Below are positions 27,546-37,725 of a stretch of 64,000 nt of DNA, piece by piece. Position numbers and translations under genes: made by a program. The DNA lies in NCBI GenBank assembly GCA_965226795.1, contig CBDDDZ010000005.1:864001-928000 (forward strand). Reading direction: 5' to 3'. The stretch comes from Candidatus Latescibacterota bacterium. GTDB taxonomy: Bacteria; Latescibacterota; UBA2968; GCA-2709665. Numbering within the stretch: the first letter of the stretch is position 1; every line of letters starts with the position of its first letter. Under the pieces are notes generated by a model that was not told the DNA's origin, did not search any database, and saw only the letters and a program-made list of their open reading frames with translations.

Positions 27546-28481
27546 GTGATCGAGGTTGATCATATTACCAAGCGATACGGATCGTTGGTGGCGGTCAAGG
27601 ACCTGACGTTCAGGGTGGAGAAGGGAGAAGTGGTCGGATTTCTCGGCCCCAATGGCGCGGGCAAGACCACCACCATGCGCATCCTGACGTGTTATCAGCC
27701 GGCCACGCTGGGCACCGCCCGGGTGGCCGGCTTCGACGTGTTCGACGAACCGATGGAGGTCAAGAGGCGAATTGGGTACCTGCCGGAACATCCGCCCGTC
27801 TACAACGACATGTACGTACGGTCGTATCTGGATTTTGTGGCGCAGATAAAGGGCGTGCCGTCACGGAATCGCAGGTCCCGGGTGGAAGACGCGATGGAAC
27901 GATGCGGGATCGCGGAACGGGCGAAGCAGCTGATCGGCCAACTGTCCAAGGGTTATCGGCAACGCGTCGGCATCGCCCAGGCCATACTGCACGATCCGGA
28001 CGTGATTATCCTGGATGAACCGACCATCGGACTGGATCCCAACCAGATCCAGGAGATACGCCGGGTGATCCGCGGATTGGGCCGGGAACACACGGTGATT
28101 CTGAGCACGCATATTCTGCCCGAGGTGGAAATGACCTGCGACCGCGTGATCATCATCAACAGGGGTCAGATTGCGGCCGTGGATACACCGGCGAACCTGA
28201 CAGCCAGGGCGTCGGGAAGCCGGCGGTATTACGTTGCGGTGTCGAGCGACCTGGATGCTGCCGAGGAAGCCATTGGGACAGTCCCGGGTGTCGTCGGTGT
28301 TATTAGGGCAAGCAACAACCTGGCGTTACATGTCGACGTGTCCGGTGAAACCGATATGCGCCCGTCGATTGCGTCGAGGCTGGTAGAGCGCGGTCTGGGG
28401 CTGGTGGAATTGAGACCGGTTACGGCCAGCTTGGAAGACATTTTCCACGAACTGACAACACGCGAGGAGTCAGGCCCCTGA
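27546..28481 (+). CDS. ABC-2 type ATP-binding protein (GldA-like)
   Basis: GPNGAGKTT, LSKGYRQRVG, ILDEPTIGLDPNQI, STHILPEV. Confidence 0.93.
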   Translation: MIEVDHITKRYGSLVAVKDLTFRVEKGEVVGFLGPNGAGKTTTMRILTCYQPATLGTARVAGFDVFDEPMEVKRRIGYLPEHPPVYNDMYVRSYLDFVAQIKGVPSRNRRSRVEDAMERCGIAERAKQLIGQLSKGYRQRVGIAQAILHDPDVIILDEPTIGLDPNQIQEIRRVIRGLGREHTVILSTHILPEVEMTCDRVIIINRGQIAAVDTPANLTARASGSRRYYVAVSSDLDAAEEAIGTVPGVVGVIRASNNLALHVDVSGETDMRPSIASRLVERGLGLVELRPVTASLEDIFHELTTREESGP

Positions 28482-29257
28482 TGGGAAATATCGCAGCGAT
28501 TTTCTGGAAAGAAATGCGCTCCTATTTCGGCTCGCCGATCGCCTACGTGGTTGCTGCGGGTTTCCTGGTGCTGATGGGTTATCTGTTCCAGAACGAGATC
28601 GTGGAGTTTCGTGCCAAATGCCTGAATTACACATTTCAGCATCAGGAGCACGGCGTCGATCCACCGAATGTGAACGAGGACGTCGTGTTTCACTTTTTCC
28701 TCAGCCAGTGTCTCGTCTGGCTGGTCGTAACGCCAATGCTGACGATGCGGCTGTTCGCGGAGGAGAAGGGTTCCGGGACGATCGAACTCCTGATGACATC
28801 GCCCTTGACGACATGGCAGGTCATACTTGGCAAATTCGCGGCCTGTCTCGGGCTGTATGTCATTATTGAACTGTTGCTTCTCTCGTTGGTCCTTGTCGTG
28901 TCGCTTTACGGCGATTTGAATTGGGCCCGGGTGCTGTCCGCCTGTGTCGCCGTTCTTCTGCTTGGAGGGTCGTTCATCAGTGTGGGCATTCTGGCCTCCT
29001 CGCTGACCGACAAACAGATCGTCGCGGTCGTCATCGCGTTTGTTCTTCTTCTTCTCCTCTTTGTCGTGCGGTATTCGCCCGAACTCATAGGCCGCGAATG
29101 GGCAACCGTTCTTTTCTATCTGTCGTTGATCGATCACACGAGGGATATGGCGCGGGGTGTGATCGAAAGCAGCGACGTGATCTTTTTTCTGAGCTTTACG
29201 TTTTTCTTTCTGTTCCTTACACGCACCGCGCTTGAATCCCGCCGCTGGAGGCAATAG
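28481..29257 (+). CDS. ABC-2 type permease (GldF-like)
   Basis: KEMRSYFGSPIAYV, TMRLFAEEKGSGTIELLMT.P, LESRRW. Confidence 0.9.
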   Translation: MGNIAAIFWKEMRSYFGSPIAYVVAAGFLVLMGYLFQNEIVEFRAKCLNYTFQHQEHGVDPPNVNEDVVFHFFLSQCLVWLVVTPMLTMRLFAEEKGSGTIELLMTSPLTTWQVILGKFAACLGLYVIIELLLLSLVLVVSLYGDLNWARVLSACVAVLLLGGSFISVGILASSLTDKQIVAVVIAFVLLLLLFVVRYSPELIGREWATVLFYLSLIDHTRDMARGVIESSDVIFFLSFTFFFLFLTRTALESRRWRQ

Positions 29258-29260
29258 AGA

Positions 29261-30631
29261 ATGATCGGCTTTTTAGGGACACGCGTGGTAAAGTACGGTT
29301 CGAGTACGCTGGTTGCCGTCCTGGCGTTGCTCGCGAGCCTGGTCACGATCAACTTCCTCGCCACGCGCTATCATCATCGCATTGACATTACCGAGGGCGG
29401 AATGCACAGCGTGTCTGATCAGACCGCGACGTTGCTGGATTCTCTGACGACGGATGTGCACGTCCTGGCATTTTTCCACGAAACCGACCCGGAAGCGGCC
29501 GAATTCAAGGAAAGGCTCGAAACCTACGCCAACCACTCGGACCGCTTTACTTATACAATGGTCGATCCCGCGGTACAGCCCGGAGAAGCCAGACGATACA
29601 GGGTGGATAAGTCGCGGATCTCGGTGGTGATGTCGGATGGACGGGAAGAGCGCGTTGCGGGAACCGAGGAAAATAACCTGACCAACGCGGTTGCCAAGGT
29701 GGTCCGGAAGCGGGAGAAAACCGTCTATTTCTCGGCGGGCCATGGAGAGCGGTCGCTAAAGGCCCCGGAAGGCGATTTCATCCGCGTCGGGCAGGCGTTG
29801 CGGGAGGTCGGTTACGTGGTCCGGGATACACTCGTTCTGGATGCCGGAAAGGGTGTGCCGGCGGATTGCGACTTACTGATCGTGGCCGGTCCGACGGCAG
29901 CATTTTCCAGGATCGAAGTGGATTCGATCGGCAGCTATCTGGACGGCGGCGGATCCGGGTTTTTTATGCTCGACCCCCCTGGCGATACGGGCCTGGAATC
30001 GCTGCTGGCGCGATGGGGCATCCAGGTCAACAACGACTATGTCCTGGGATGGGGACCGGGCGATCCCTCGATGCCGGGTTCGGTCTGGTACGCGAGGCAT
30101 CCGGTTACGGAAAAACACCTCAAACGTAATCTGAGGACGTTCTACAGACTGGCACGGTCCGTCACCCGGAGCGAAACCGCAACCGGCATGCAGACCCATC
30201 AACTTGTGGAGACCCATCCGCGGAACAGTTGGCGGGAGGAGACACTGCCGGACGCGTCAGCGGTTTACGATCCGGGCATCGATTTGCCAGGCCCCGCGTC
30301 GGTGGCGGTCGCTACGTTCGACAGGCCGAAATATCGCCGGTTTCGAACCTCCGACGTGGGGTTGCGCCACACCCGGATTGTCGTCTTTGGCGACTCTGAT
30401 TTTGCGGGCAATGAGTTCTTCGATACGGTGGGCAACGGAGACCTGTTCATGAACGCGGTGAGTTGGCTGATGGAGGAGGGAGATCTGATCTCGATCCGCC
30501 CGAAAATGTGGGCCTTTCGGGGGGTTATCATGTCGGCGGAGGACCTTTTGTGGCTTACGTGGCTCTCCGTTGTGATAATTCCTGCCATACCCGTCGTCAT
30601 CGGGATTGGCGTATGGCGCAGGCGGCGCTGA
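29261..30631 (+). CDS. GldG-like ABC transporter auxiliary component
   Basis: N-terminal TM, DITEGG.HSVS, YFSAGHGE, LIVAGP, VFGDSDF, NGDLFMNAVSWL, C-terminal TM ending WRRRR. Confidence 0.9.
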   Translation: MIGFLGTRVVKYGSSTLVAVLALLASLVTINFLATRYHHRIDITEGGMHSVSDQTATLLDSLTTDVHVLAFFHETDPEAAEFKERLETYANHSDRFTYTMVDPAVQPGEARRYRVDKSRISVVMSDGREERVAGTEENNLTNAVAKVVRKREKTVYFSAGHGERSLKAPEGDFIRVGQALREVGYVVRDTLVLDAGKGVPADCDLLIVAGPTAAFSRIEVDSIGSYLDGGGSGFFMLDPPGDTGLESLLARWGIQVNNDYVLGWGPGDPSMPGSVWYARHPVTEKHLKRNLRTFYRLARSVTRSETATGMQTHQLVETHPRNSWREETLPDASAVYDPGIDLPGPASVAVATFDRPKYRRFRTSDVGLRHTRIVVFGDSDFAGNEFFDTVGNGDLFMNAVSWLMEEGDLISIRPKMWAFRGVIMSAEDLLWLTWLSVVIIPAIPVVIGIGVWRRRR

Positions 30632-30681
30632 TGCGTCGCCGTGAAACCGATCTCTACGCGTAACACGCACAGGCATGGATT

Positions 30682-32094
30682 ATGAGTTTAAAGACAACAG
30701 GTGGTCTGGTACTGCTTCTGGCCGGGCTGGTCGGGTTTGCCTACTTTTATGAAATTCGCGGCGCCGATGAGCGCGATAAGACCCGCAGGGAAGCGGGGCG
30801 CCTTCTGCGTCTGAAAGCAGACTCGGTCAATGGGCTATCGGTTCACCGGGGTGATACCACCATCGTAATCGTAAAATCGGAGGGTCGGTGGCGGATCCGG
30901 CAACCGGTGGAAACCCGCGGCGACGACGGCGAGATCACGGGATTGATCCGGACGTTACAGAATATGGACCTGGAACGTGTCGTGGCAGACAGCGTCCGTA
31001 TTGCGCGAGGACAGGCCCATCTTTCGGATTTCGGCCTTGACAGGCCGAATCTGGCACTGGCGATTAGACAGGTGGACCGGGTGGATTCTCTCTTCTGGGG
31101 CGATCGAAGTCCAACAGGCCGTTACGGCTATATCAGGTGGTCCGGGCATCCGGGAATACTCGCCGTTGGCGCCCAATTCAGGATGAGAGTGGAGAAAGGG
31201 CTGTTTCAGCTACGGGACAAGCGGGTTGCGGATTTCGATCGGGATAGCGTAAGTAAAGTCGAAATCACAAGAGGGGATGCCCGCGTGGTAATGGAAGCGT
31301 TTTCCGATGAATGGCGCCTCACGTATCCGGTAGTTGACCGCGCCGACAATGCTGCGGTTCAGAAACTGATCAACAGGCTGCATACTGCCGAATTCACGCG
31401 CGTGGTTGCTGAAGAGTCACGCGAACGGGGGCATTACGGCCTGGAGAATCCGACGCTGACCGTATCGATTTTCGACGGCAACCGGGAGAGGAAGACGGTC
31501 ACGATTGGGCGCAGGGGAGATGCGGGCCGATTTCCGCCGTTTTTCGCGGCATTTTCGGCCAGGCGCATGGTTTTTCTGGTCGATTCGACCTTTGTCGCGG
31601 ATATGACGAAAACGGCTTCGGATCTGAGGTTCAAGCGTATCTTTGCATTCGACGCCGCCGGAGTCGACAGGTTGAAGCTGGCGTATCGGGACCGCGTCGT
31701 GGAGTGTGTCAAGGATTACACCGGCGGCGCCTGGCAGGTGCTGCAGCCGAAGCTGCATATTGTCCTGGAACAACGTGTCAGACATTTCTTTCGCACCATC
31801 GAACTGCTCGAGGCCGATGAGTTTGTCGCGGAAAAGCTGATGGATCCGGAGGCGTACGGATTTGATCGTCCGGCATTGGAGGTCACCGTCTGGCGCGGCG
31901 GCGCGGTTGTGCAGAAGCTGATTATCGGCGAAAAGGAGGGCAAGGTGTACGCTATGGGACATCTCCGTCCCCAAGTCGTCCGGTTCGATCACAAGCATCT
32001 GACAAAACTGAAGCTCGAACTCGTGCACGTGAAACCGGACGTCGTTCGACCGGATACCGTGCGTTTGCCAGGCGTGCCGGAGGTGGCCAAATAG
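30682..32094 (+). CDS. DUF4340 domain membrane-anchored protein (about three repeats)
   Basis: N-terminal TM; repeated W.I..PV...D / (F/Y)GL..P.L units; usual partner downstream of gldG. Confidence 0.85.
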   Translation: MSLKTTGGLVLLLAGLVGFAYFYEIRGADERDKTRREAGRLLRLKADSVNGLSVHRGDTTIVIVKSEGRWRIRQPVETRGDDGEITGLIRTLQNMDLERVVADSVRIARGQAHLSDFGLDRPNLALAIRQVDRVDSLFWGDRSPTGRYGYIRWSGHPGILAVGAQFRMRVEKGLFQLRDKRVADFDRDSVSKVEITRGDARVVMEAFSDEWRLTYPVVDRADNAAVQKLINRLHTAEFTRVVAEESRERGHYGLENPTLTVSIFDGNRERKTVTIGRRGDAGRFPPFFAAFSARRMVFLVDSTFVADMTKTASDLRFKRIFAFDAAGVDRLKLAYRDRVVECVKDYTGGAWQVLQPKLHIVLEQRVRHFFRTIELLEADEFVAEKLMDPEAYGFDRPALEVTVWRGGAVVQKLIIGEKEGKVYAMGHLRPQVVRFDHKHLTKLKLELVHVKPDVVRPDTVRLPGVPEVAK

Positions 32095-32097
32095 AAT

Positions 32098-33051
32098 ATG
32101 GTTCGCGTCCTGATATCGGTGTGGATCGGTGCCTGCGGCCTCGCGTTGTCATCCCCCGACACCGGCGCCGAAGTTGCTTTCGACGCGAGGGTAAATCGGG
32201 ACACCCTCACGGTCGGCGATCCCGTTCTCCTCGGTCTGCGGATCAGGCGCGAAACGGGGGATGTCGCCGTACTTATGCAGAACGAGGGTTTTCTCGCGCC
32301 GTTCGAGGTGCGCCGCCAGGTGCCGCCGGCGGTTCGGGAGATGTCCGACGGACGCGTGGAGGAGACCTTGGCATTCGAGCTTGCCGTGTACAGGGTGGGT
32401 GTGATCGAAGTGCCCTCTCTGGTATTGCAGGTGCGCACGGCGGAGGGCGATTCCGGATTAATCACGTCCGAGCCGATACCGGTTCTGGTACGCAGCGTCA
32501 AACCGGCGGAAATGACGGACATCCGGGATGTTAAGCCGCCGGTCGACATTGAGGCGAGAATACCGGGCTGGCTTTGGTTCGCAGTGGCCGTTCTGGCTGG
32601 CGTCGTGGCCGGAACGCTTTGGTATTGGAATCGACGACGCAGGAAACCGGAGGTTGAGCCGCCGCCGCCCATCGTCTGGCCAGACGAAGTTGCGAAGATT
32701 CTGCGGATGCGATTGGTGGAAAAAGGTGCGTTCAAGCGGTATTACAGTCTGCTTTCCGAGGTGATGCGCCGGTACCTGGAGGATCGGGTCCGGGTCGATG
32801 CAATGGAGTGTACCACATCCGAACTGGTTCAGGACCTCAGACGTGTCTCGATCGGGGAAGCGGAGGTTGCGGCGCTGGAGGGCTTGTTGTCGGAGGCGGA
32901 CCTGGTAAAATTCGCGAAGCTCAGGCCCCGTGATGAGGTTGCAACGAAGGCCGCGGAAACGGTTCTGGACCTGATGCGGCGGCTGGACGAACAGCGCCGC
33001 CAGAGTGAAGACGATGCTGTGAACGCGGCGCCGGCGGAAGCGACGGCATGA
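32098..33051 (+). CDS. BatD-like/DUF4381-type membrane protein of the bat locus
   Basis: Signal, Ig-like domain, DIRDVKPP, TM, YYSLLSEVMRRYLE, AME.TTSE, ADLVKFAK. Confidence 0.8.
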   Translation: MVRVLISVWIGACGLALSSPDTGAEVAFDARVNRDTLTVGDPVLLGLRIRRETGDVAVLMQNEGFLAPFEVRRQVPPAVREMSDGRVEETLAFELAVYRVGVIEVPSLVLQVRTAEGDSGLITSEPIPVLVRSVKPAEMTDIRDVKPPVDIEARIPGWLWFAVAVLAGVVAGTLWYWNRRRRKPEVEPPPPIVWPDEVAKILRMRLVEKGAFKRYYSLLSEVMRRYLEDRVRVDAMECTTSELVQDLRRVSIGEAEVAALEGLLSEADLVKFAKLRPRDEVATKAAETVLDLMRRLDEQRRQSEDDAVNAAPAEATA

Positions 33052-34034
33052 TTGAATTCAAGAATCCGGAATGGCTGTTTGCCCTGCTTTTTGTGCCGTT
33101 TCTGATTTATCGATATGTACGCCGGCAGAGGCAGCGGCAGGGCAGCATTCGTTTTCCGGATCTGGGTGTGATCGGGCGGATTCCGCCATCGATTGTGCTT
33201 AAGCTGCGCCACGGTCTGATTGCACTCCGCTGTCTGGCGTTGATATTGCTGATTGTTGCGCTGGCGCGCCCGCGTTCGGGGCGCGAAGGGAGGGAAATCC
33301 TTACCCGGGGAATCGATATTGTACTCGCCCTGGACGTATCGGGCAGCATGGCGCACAAGGACCTGGATCAGCAGCGAAAGTCCCGGCTGCAGATCAGCAA
33401 GGAGGTCGTGAGCCAGTTCGTGCGCGGGCGGGTCAACGACCGGCTGGGGCTCGTCGTCTTTGCAGGTGAAAGCTACACACAGTGTCCGCTCACCCTCGAT
33501 TACGGAATATTTCTGAGCTTTTTGAACGAGGTCCGGCTCGCGGAGGATTCCTGGGACGGCACAGCCATCGGAACCGGCATTGTCACGGCCGTAAACCGGT
33601 TGCGCCGTTCGGAGGCCAAAAGCCGTGTGATTATTCTATTGACGGACGGCGTGAATAACAGAGGGGAGGTGGATCCCGTTACGGCCGCGCGGGCGGCCCA
33701 CGCGGTGGGCATTCGAATCTACACCATCGGGGCGGGAAGCGACGGGGTGATCGTGATGGGCCAGGGCTTGCTCCGGCAGCGGGTTCGGGTCGAAATCGAC
33801 GAAGAGACATTGAAGGAAGTCGCCGACATCACGGGCGGCCGCTACTTTCGGGCGACCAGCGAGAAGAAACTGGAGGAGATTTATCGTGCCATCGGCGAGA
33901 TGGAAAAAACGGAAATCAAAACACGCGACTACGTGAATTATTCCGAATTGTTCACCCTTTTTCTCTGGCCGGCTCTTGTTTTGCTTGGCGTAGAACTGAT
34001 GCTGGCGAACACGCGGTTTCGAAGGATTCCTTAG
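33048..34034 (+). CDS. batA: BatA VWA-domain protein
   Basis: F.NPEWL, ALARP, DVSGSM MIDAS, GTAIG, LLTDGVNNRG, GGRYFRAT, RFRRIP. Confidence 0.92.
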   Translation: MIEFKNPEWLFALLFVPFLIYRYVRRQRQRQGSIRFPDLGVIGRIPPSIVLKLRHGLIALRCLALILLIVALARPRSGREGREILTRGIDIVLALDVSGSMAHKDLDQQRKSRLQISKEVVSQFVRGRVNDRLGLVVFAGESYTQCPLTLDYGIFLSFLNEVRLAEDSWDGTAIGTGIVTAVNRLRRSEAKSRVIILLTDGVNNRGEVDPVTAARAAHAVGIRIYTIGAGSDGVIVMGQGLLRQRVRVEIDEETLKEVADITGGRYFRATSEKKLEEIYRAIGEMEKTEIKTRDYVNYSELFTLFLWPALVLLGVELMLANTRFRRIP

Positions 34035-34035
34035 G

Positions 34036-35058
34036 ATGCGTTTCGGGGACGTCCAGGCATTTTGGTTCCTGTTGTCCGTGCCGGCGGCCGTTTTGTTTTT
34101 CGTGATCGCTTTTCGAAAGAAAAGGCGGGCCCTCGCTCGTTTCGGGAGTCCGGAACTCATGCGGAAGCTGACGGCGGCCACAAGTTGGAAGAGACAGTGG
34201 GTGAAGGCGGCCCTGACGGCTGGCGGACTCTTCTTTCTGGTGATGGCGCTGGCGCAACCACGGTACGGGATGCGGCTTGAACTGTTGCACCGCAAGGGTG
34301 TCGACGTGATTGTCGCACTGGATACGTCGCTGAGCATGCTCGCCGAAGACATCCGGCCCAATCGACTGACGCGCGCGCTTTTTGAGATTGAATCATTTAT
34401 TGACCGGCTCGAAGGCGATAGAATCGGCCTTGTCGCGTTCGCGGGTCGGAGCTTTACACTTTGTCCGCTCACCCTGGACTATGGCGCCGCGAAGCTGTTT
34501 CTTGACTCGATCGACACCGATTTCATACCGGTTAAGGGCACGGCGATAGCCGAAGCCATTCGGGCGGCGACCCGGGCTTTCGGCAGCGAGGAACGCAAGT
34601 ACAAGGTTATGGTGCTGATTACGGATGGAGAGGACCACGCCGACGATCCGGTAAAGGCCGCGAACGAGGCGGCGGAAGCCGGGGTGCGGATATTCGCGGT
34701 GGGTGTCGGGACGCCTGAAGGAGAGTTGATCCCGGTAAAACAGAACGGCCGGACCGAATTCTTGAAAGACGGCCGGGGCAATTACGTGAAGTCGCGCCTG
34801 GACGAGGTTAGCCTGCAACAGGTTGCCGGTGTGACAGACGGAGTCTATATTCGGGCGCAGTCGGGCGGTGTGGGCATGGACCGGGTGTACGGCGAGATCT
34901 CGCAGATGGAGAAGAAGGAACTGGGATCGCGAAAGTACACGCAGTACAAACACCGGTTTCAGTGGCCGCTGGCTGTCGCGGTGGCCTGTTTTGTCTGCGA
35001 GGCAATGTTGTCGGATCGGCGAAGGGTGCGAACACAGTGGCGAGGGCGGTTTCAGTAG
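34036..35058 (+). CDS. batB: BatB VWA-domain protein
   Basis: DTSLSM MIDAS, DIRPNRL, PLTLDY, ITDGEDH, VGTPEG, RFQWPL. Confidence 0.92.
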   Translation: MRFGDVQAFWFLLSVPAAVLFFVIAFRKKRRALARFGSPELMRKLTAATSWKRQWVKAALTAGGLFFLVMALAQPRYGMRLELLHRKGVDVIVALDTSLSMLAEDIRPNRLTRALFEIESFIDRLEGDRIGLVAFAGRSFTLCPLTLDYGAAKLFLDSIDTDFIPVKGTAIAEAIRAATRAFGSEERKYKVMVLITDGEDHADDPVKAANEAAEAGVRIFAVGVGTPEGELIPVKQNGRTEFLKDGRGNYVKSRLDEVSLQQVAGVTDGVYIRAQSGGVGMDRVYGEISQMEKKELGSRKYTQYKHRFQWPLAVAVACFVCEAMLSDRRRVRTQWRGRFQ

Positions 35059-35089
35059 CTTGAACTCGGATTCACCAGGAGTCTGCTCC

Positions 35090-35899
35090 ATGCACCGGTA
35101 TCTGATTGGCATCGTCGTCGTTCCGCTTCTGGGTTTCACAATTCTGGATCCGGCGGCGGACAAGAACCGGCAGGGCAACCGCAAGTTTCACGAAGGCAAG
35201 TTCGAGGAAGCGCTAGAGTTCTACCGGGAAGCTCAGGTAGAAAAACCTGACGCGCCGGAACTCAGATTCAATGCGGGCGACGCCTATTTCAAGAAGAATG
35301 CCTTCCAGGACGCACTGAGGGAGTTCGGGCACGCGTTGAAAAGCCAGGATCCCTCGTTTCTCGCGAGGGCGTATTACAATATGGGCAATGTCCACGTTCG
35401 CCAGCAGAAGCTGCAGCAGGCGGCAGAGGCCTACAAACGATCGCTGACGTTGCGGCCGGACGATCTGGATGCAAAGGTGAATCTGGAATGGGTTCTGGAG
35501 AAAATGCAGGAGGAGGAGAAGAAGCAGAACCGGTCACAGGAGCAACAGGAGAACGGCCAGGAGCAGGAGGAGAACAGGAACGAGCAGAACAAAGAGGAAC
35601 AGAATGACGAGGAGAATCGGGATCGGTCAGAGGACCCGCCGAATCAGGACGCAGACGGGAATCGCGATCAGAACCGGGAAAAACAGGAAGATGGGGAGCA
35701 GGAGCGGGGCGGGAAGCAGGACGATCCCGGAAGGCAACGGCAGAATCAGCAGCCAACGGAATCGGAGTCGCGGTCGGATGCGCTGAGTCGGGAAGAGGCC
35801 GAACGCCTGCTTGATGCGATGAAAGACAGGGAGTTGAAATCCCAAAAGTACCGCCGGCTGCGCGTTTACGGCAAACGATACAAGGGAAACGAGTGGTAG
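35090..35899 (+). CDS. batC: BatC TPR protein with Q/E-rich linker
   Basis: N-terminal TM, TPRs (YYNMGN, DAKVNLE), low-complexity linker, AERLLDAM, C-terminal NEW. Confidence 0.85.
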   Translation: MHRYLIGIVVVPLLGFTILDPAADKNRQGNRKFHEGKFEEALEFYREAQVEKPDAPELRFNAGDAYFKKNAFQDALREFGHALKSQDPSFLARAYYNMGNVHVRQQKLQQAAEAYKRSLTLRPDDLDAKVNLEWVLEKMQEEEKKQNRSQEQQENGQEQEENRNEQNKEEQNDEENRDRSEDPPNQDADGNRDQNREKQEDGEQERGGKQDDPGRQRQNQQPTESESRSDALSREEAERLLDAMKDRELKSQKYRRLRVYGKRYKGNEW

Positions 35900-35901
35900 G
35901 A

Positions 35902-37725
35902 ATGGCACGAAAGCCCCTCCGTGTTGTTATCTTGGTCCTTCTGGTTTCGTGCGGTTCGGCGCTTGCCGAAACTCCGCGCCTTCAGGTGTCTGTCGACCGG
36001 ACACGCGTGGAGGTGGGCGGGCAGGTCACGCTTACGGTAACGTTGACGGCCGGCGGCGACGTTACCGACCCGGAACTGCCGATACCGGACGGATTCGACG
36101 TTACGGGGCGTTCGTCCTATACATCCCAGGGACTGAATATCACGAACGGCCAAGTGGTAACGACGCGAAAAAACTCGTACGTATATACCCTGCGGGGAAG
36201 GCACGAGGGCAGTTTCTTCATTGGCCCGGCGCACGTGGTGTATCGGGGCAGGCGGCACGAGTCCTCGACGGTTCGGGTGAATGTCGTAAAAAGCAACGGG
36301 CGGCCGCGCACACGCCCCGCGCCGGCGCCGAGACAGTCCCTTGGCAGTCGGGATGTGGAGGAATTGGAGGAGGACCTGTTCGTTGCCACAACGGTGGATA
36401 AGAACAGAGTGTATGTGGGAGAGCAGGTAACCGTTACCTACAAGCTTTACACACGGAGGACGCTGCGCAATATCAGCTATGGCCGCCTGCCTGCCTATAC
36501 CGGTTTCTGGTCGGAGACTCTGTTCGACGCTCAGCGCGCCAGTTTTGTTCGCGAGGTTTACGATGGGCGCGAGTTCGACGTGATGCGTTTGAAAACGATG
36601 GCGTTGTTTCCCACCGCGTCCGGAAAACAGGCGCTGGGCGAGCTTGAAGTCGTCTGCCAGGTTCAGGAACGCGCGAGGAGCAGGAACCTTTTCGACATGG
36701 ACGGCTTTTTCGGTTCCGGTAACAACCGGGAAGTGCGCGCGGGTTCTGAAATCGTGGAGATTGAAGTCTTGCCGCTGCCCACGGGCGCTCCGGCCGAGTT
36801 CAGCGGCGCGGTGGGAAGGTTCGACATATCGGTTGCGGCGTCGCCGGTTTCGGTCGCGGAAGGAGATCCAGTCGCGGTAAAGGTGAGGGTGCGTGGAACG
36901 GGCAATCTGAATGCCGTGGGCGAGCCCGTTCGTCCGAAGGGGAACGCGTTAAAGTTCTACGACCCGAAGTCAACTGTAAACGTCGGCAACAAGAATGGTC
37001 GCATCGGCGGCGAAAAGACGTTCGAATATGTCGCGATTCCCAACCGGCCCGGCAACGGACGCATCGGTCCGTTTTTGCTGGCCTATTTCGACCCTGAAGA
37101 ACAGCGTTATCATACCGTGCGTTCACAGGTGGTTTCGGTGAGCGTGACACCGGGCAGGCAGCCCGCAGGTTCCGGACCCCTATTGAGCCGGAAAGAGATT
37201 GAACTGCTCGGGCAGGATATTCGTCATCTGAAGCCGGATCTCGATTCTCTGGAAGATCACGGCAGGCTGTTATACAGGAACAAATGGTTCTGGGCAATTC
37301 AGTTTGTGCCCTTTCTCGGTTTTCTCGGTATCGTTGCGTATAAACGCCACCGGGACCGGCTGATGGGCGACGTGGCCTATGCCCGGCGGCGGCGTTCGGG
37401 TTCCGAGGCCCGGAGGCGCCTGATACAGGCTCGAAAGCGGCTGGATGATAAAGACGGACTGGCGTTTTATGTCGAAATCGACAGGGCGTTGGCCCAATTC
37501 CTGGCGGATCGACTGAATCTGCCGGTCGCGAGCATGACCCGGGAGTCCGCCGCGCAGGCGCTTTGCGAGAAGGATGTACCGGATTCAATCGTGTCTGAAG
37601 TGAAGGATGTCTTTTTGCGCTGCGATTATGCACGATTTGCCTCGGTCCGGATGCCGGAGAAGGAGCGGGAGGAATTCTATGGCGCTGCGGCTGCGTTGAT
37701 CGATGCCCTGGGAGCCAGGATATGA
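35902..37725 (+). CDS. batD: BatD family protein
   Basis: Signal peptide, three BatD repeats (VDRTRV, VDKNRVYVGEQV, FSGAVGRF), TM, CDYARFA. Confidence 0.9.
   Translation: MARKPLRVVILVLLVSCGSALAETPRLQVSVDRTRVEVGGQVTLTVTLTAGGDVTDPELPIPDGFDVTGRSSYTSQGLNITNGQVVTTRKNSYVYTLRGRHEGSFFIGPAHVVYRGRRHESSTVRVNVVKSNGRPRTRPAPAPRQSLGSRDVEELEEDLFVATTVDKNRVYVGEQVTVTYKLYTRRTLRNISYGRLPAYTGFWSETLFDAQRASFVREVYDGREFDVMRLKTMALFPTASGKQALGELEVVCQVQERARSRNLFDMDGFFGSGNNREVRAGSEIVEIEVLPLPTGAPAEFSGAVGRFDISVAASPVSVAEGDPVAVKVRVRGTGNLNAVGEPVRPKGNALKFYDPKSTVNVGNKNGRIGGEKTFEYVAIPNRPGNGRIGPFLLAYFDPEEQRYHTVRSQVVSVSVTPGRQPAGSGPLLSRKEIELLGQDIRHLKPDLDSLEDHGRLLYRNKWFWAIQFVPFLGFLGIVAYKRHRDRLMGDVAYARRRRSGSEARRRLIQARKRLDDKDGLAFYVEIDRALAQFLADRLNLPVASMTRESAAQALCEKDVPDSIVSEVKDVFLRCDYARFASVRMPEKEREEFYGAAAALIDALGARI

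Noticed and set aside
27546..30631. Gliding motility locus
   Set aside because: Only generic GldA/F/G-like ABC components are present; no gldJKLMN or spr genes in the window
35500..35770. Purine-rich repetitive tract
   Set aside because: It is the ordinary Q/E/N-rich linker of BatC, not a DNA repeat array
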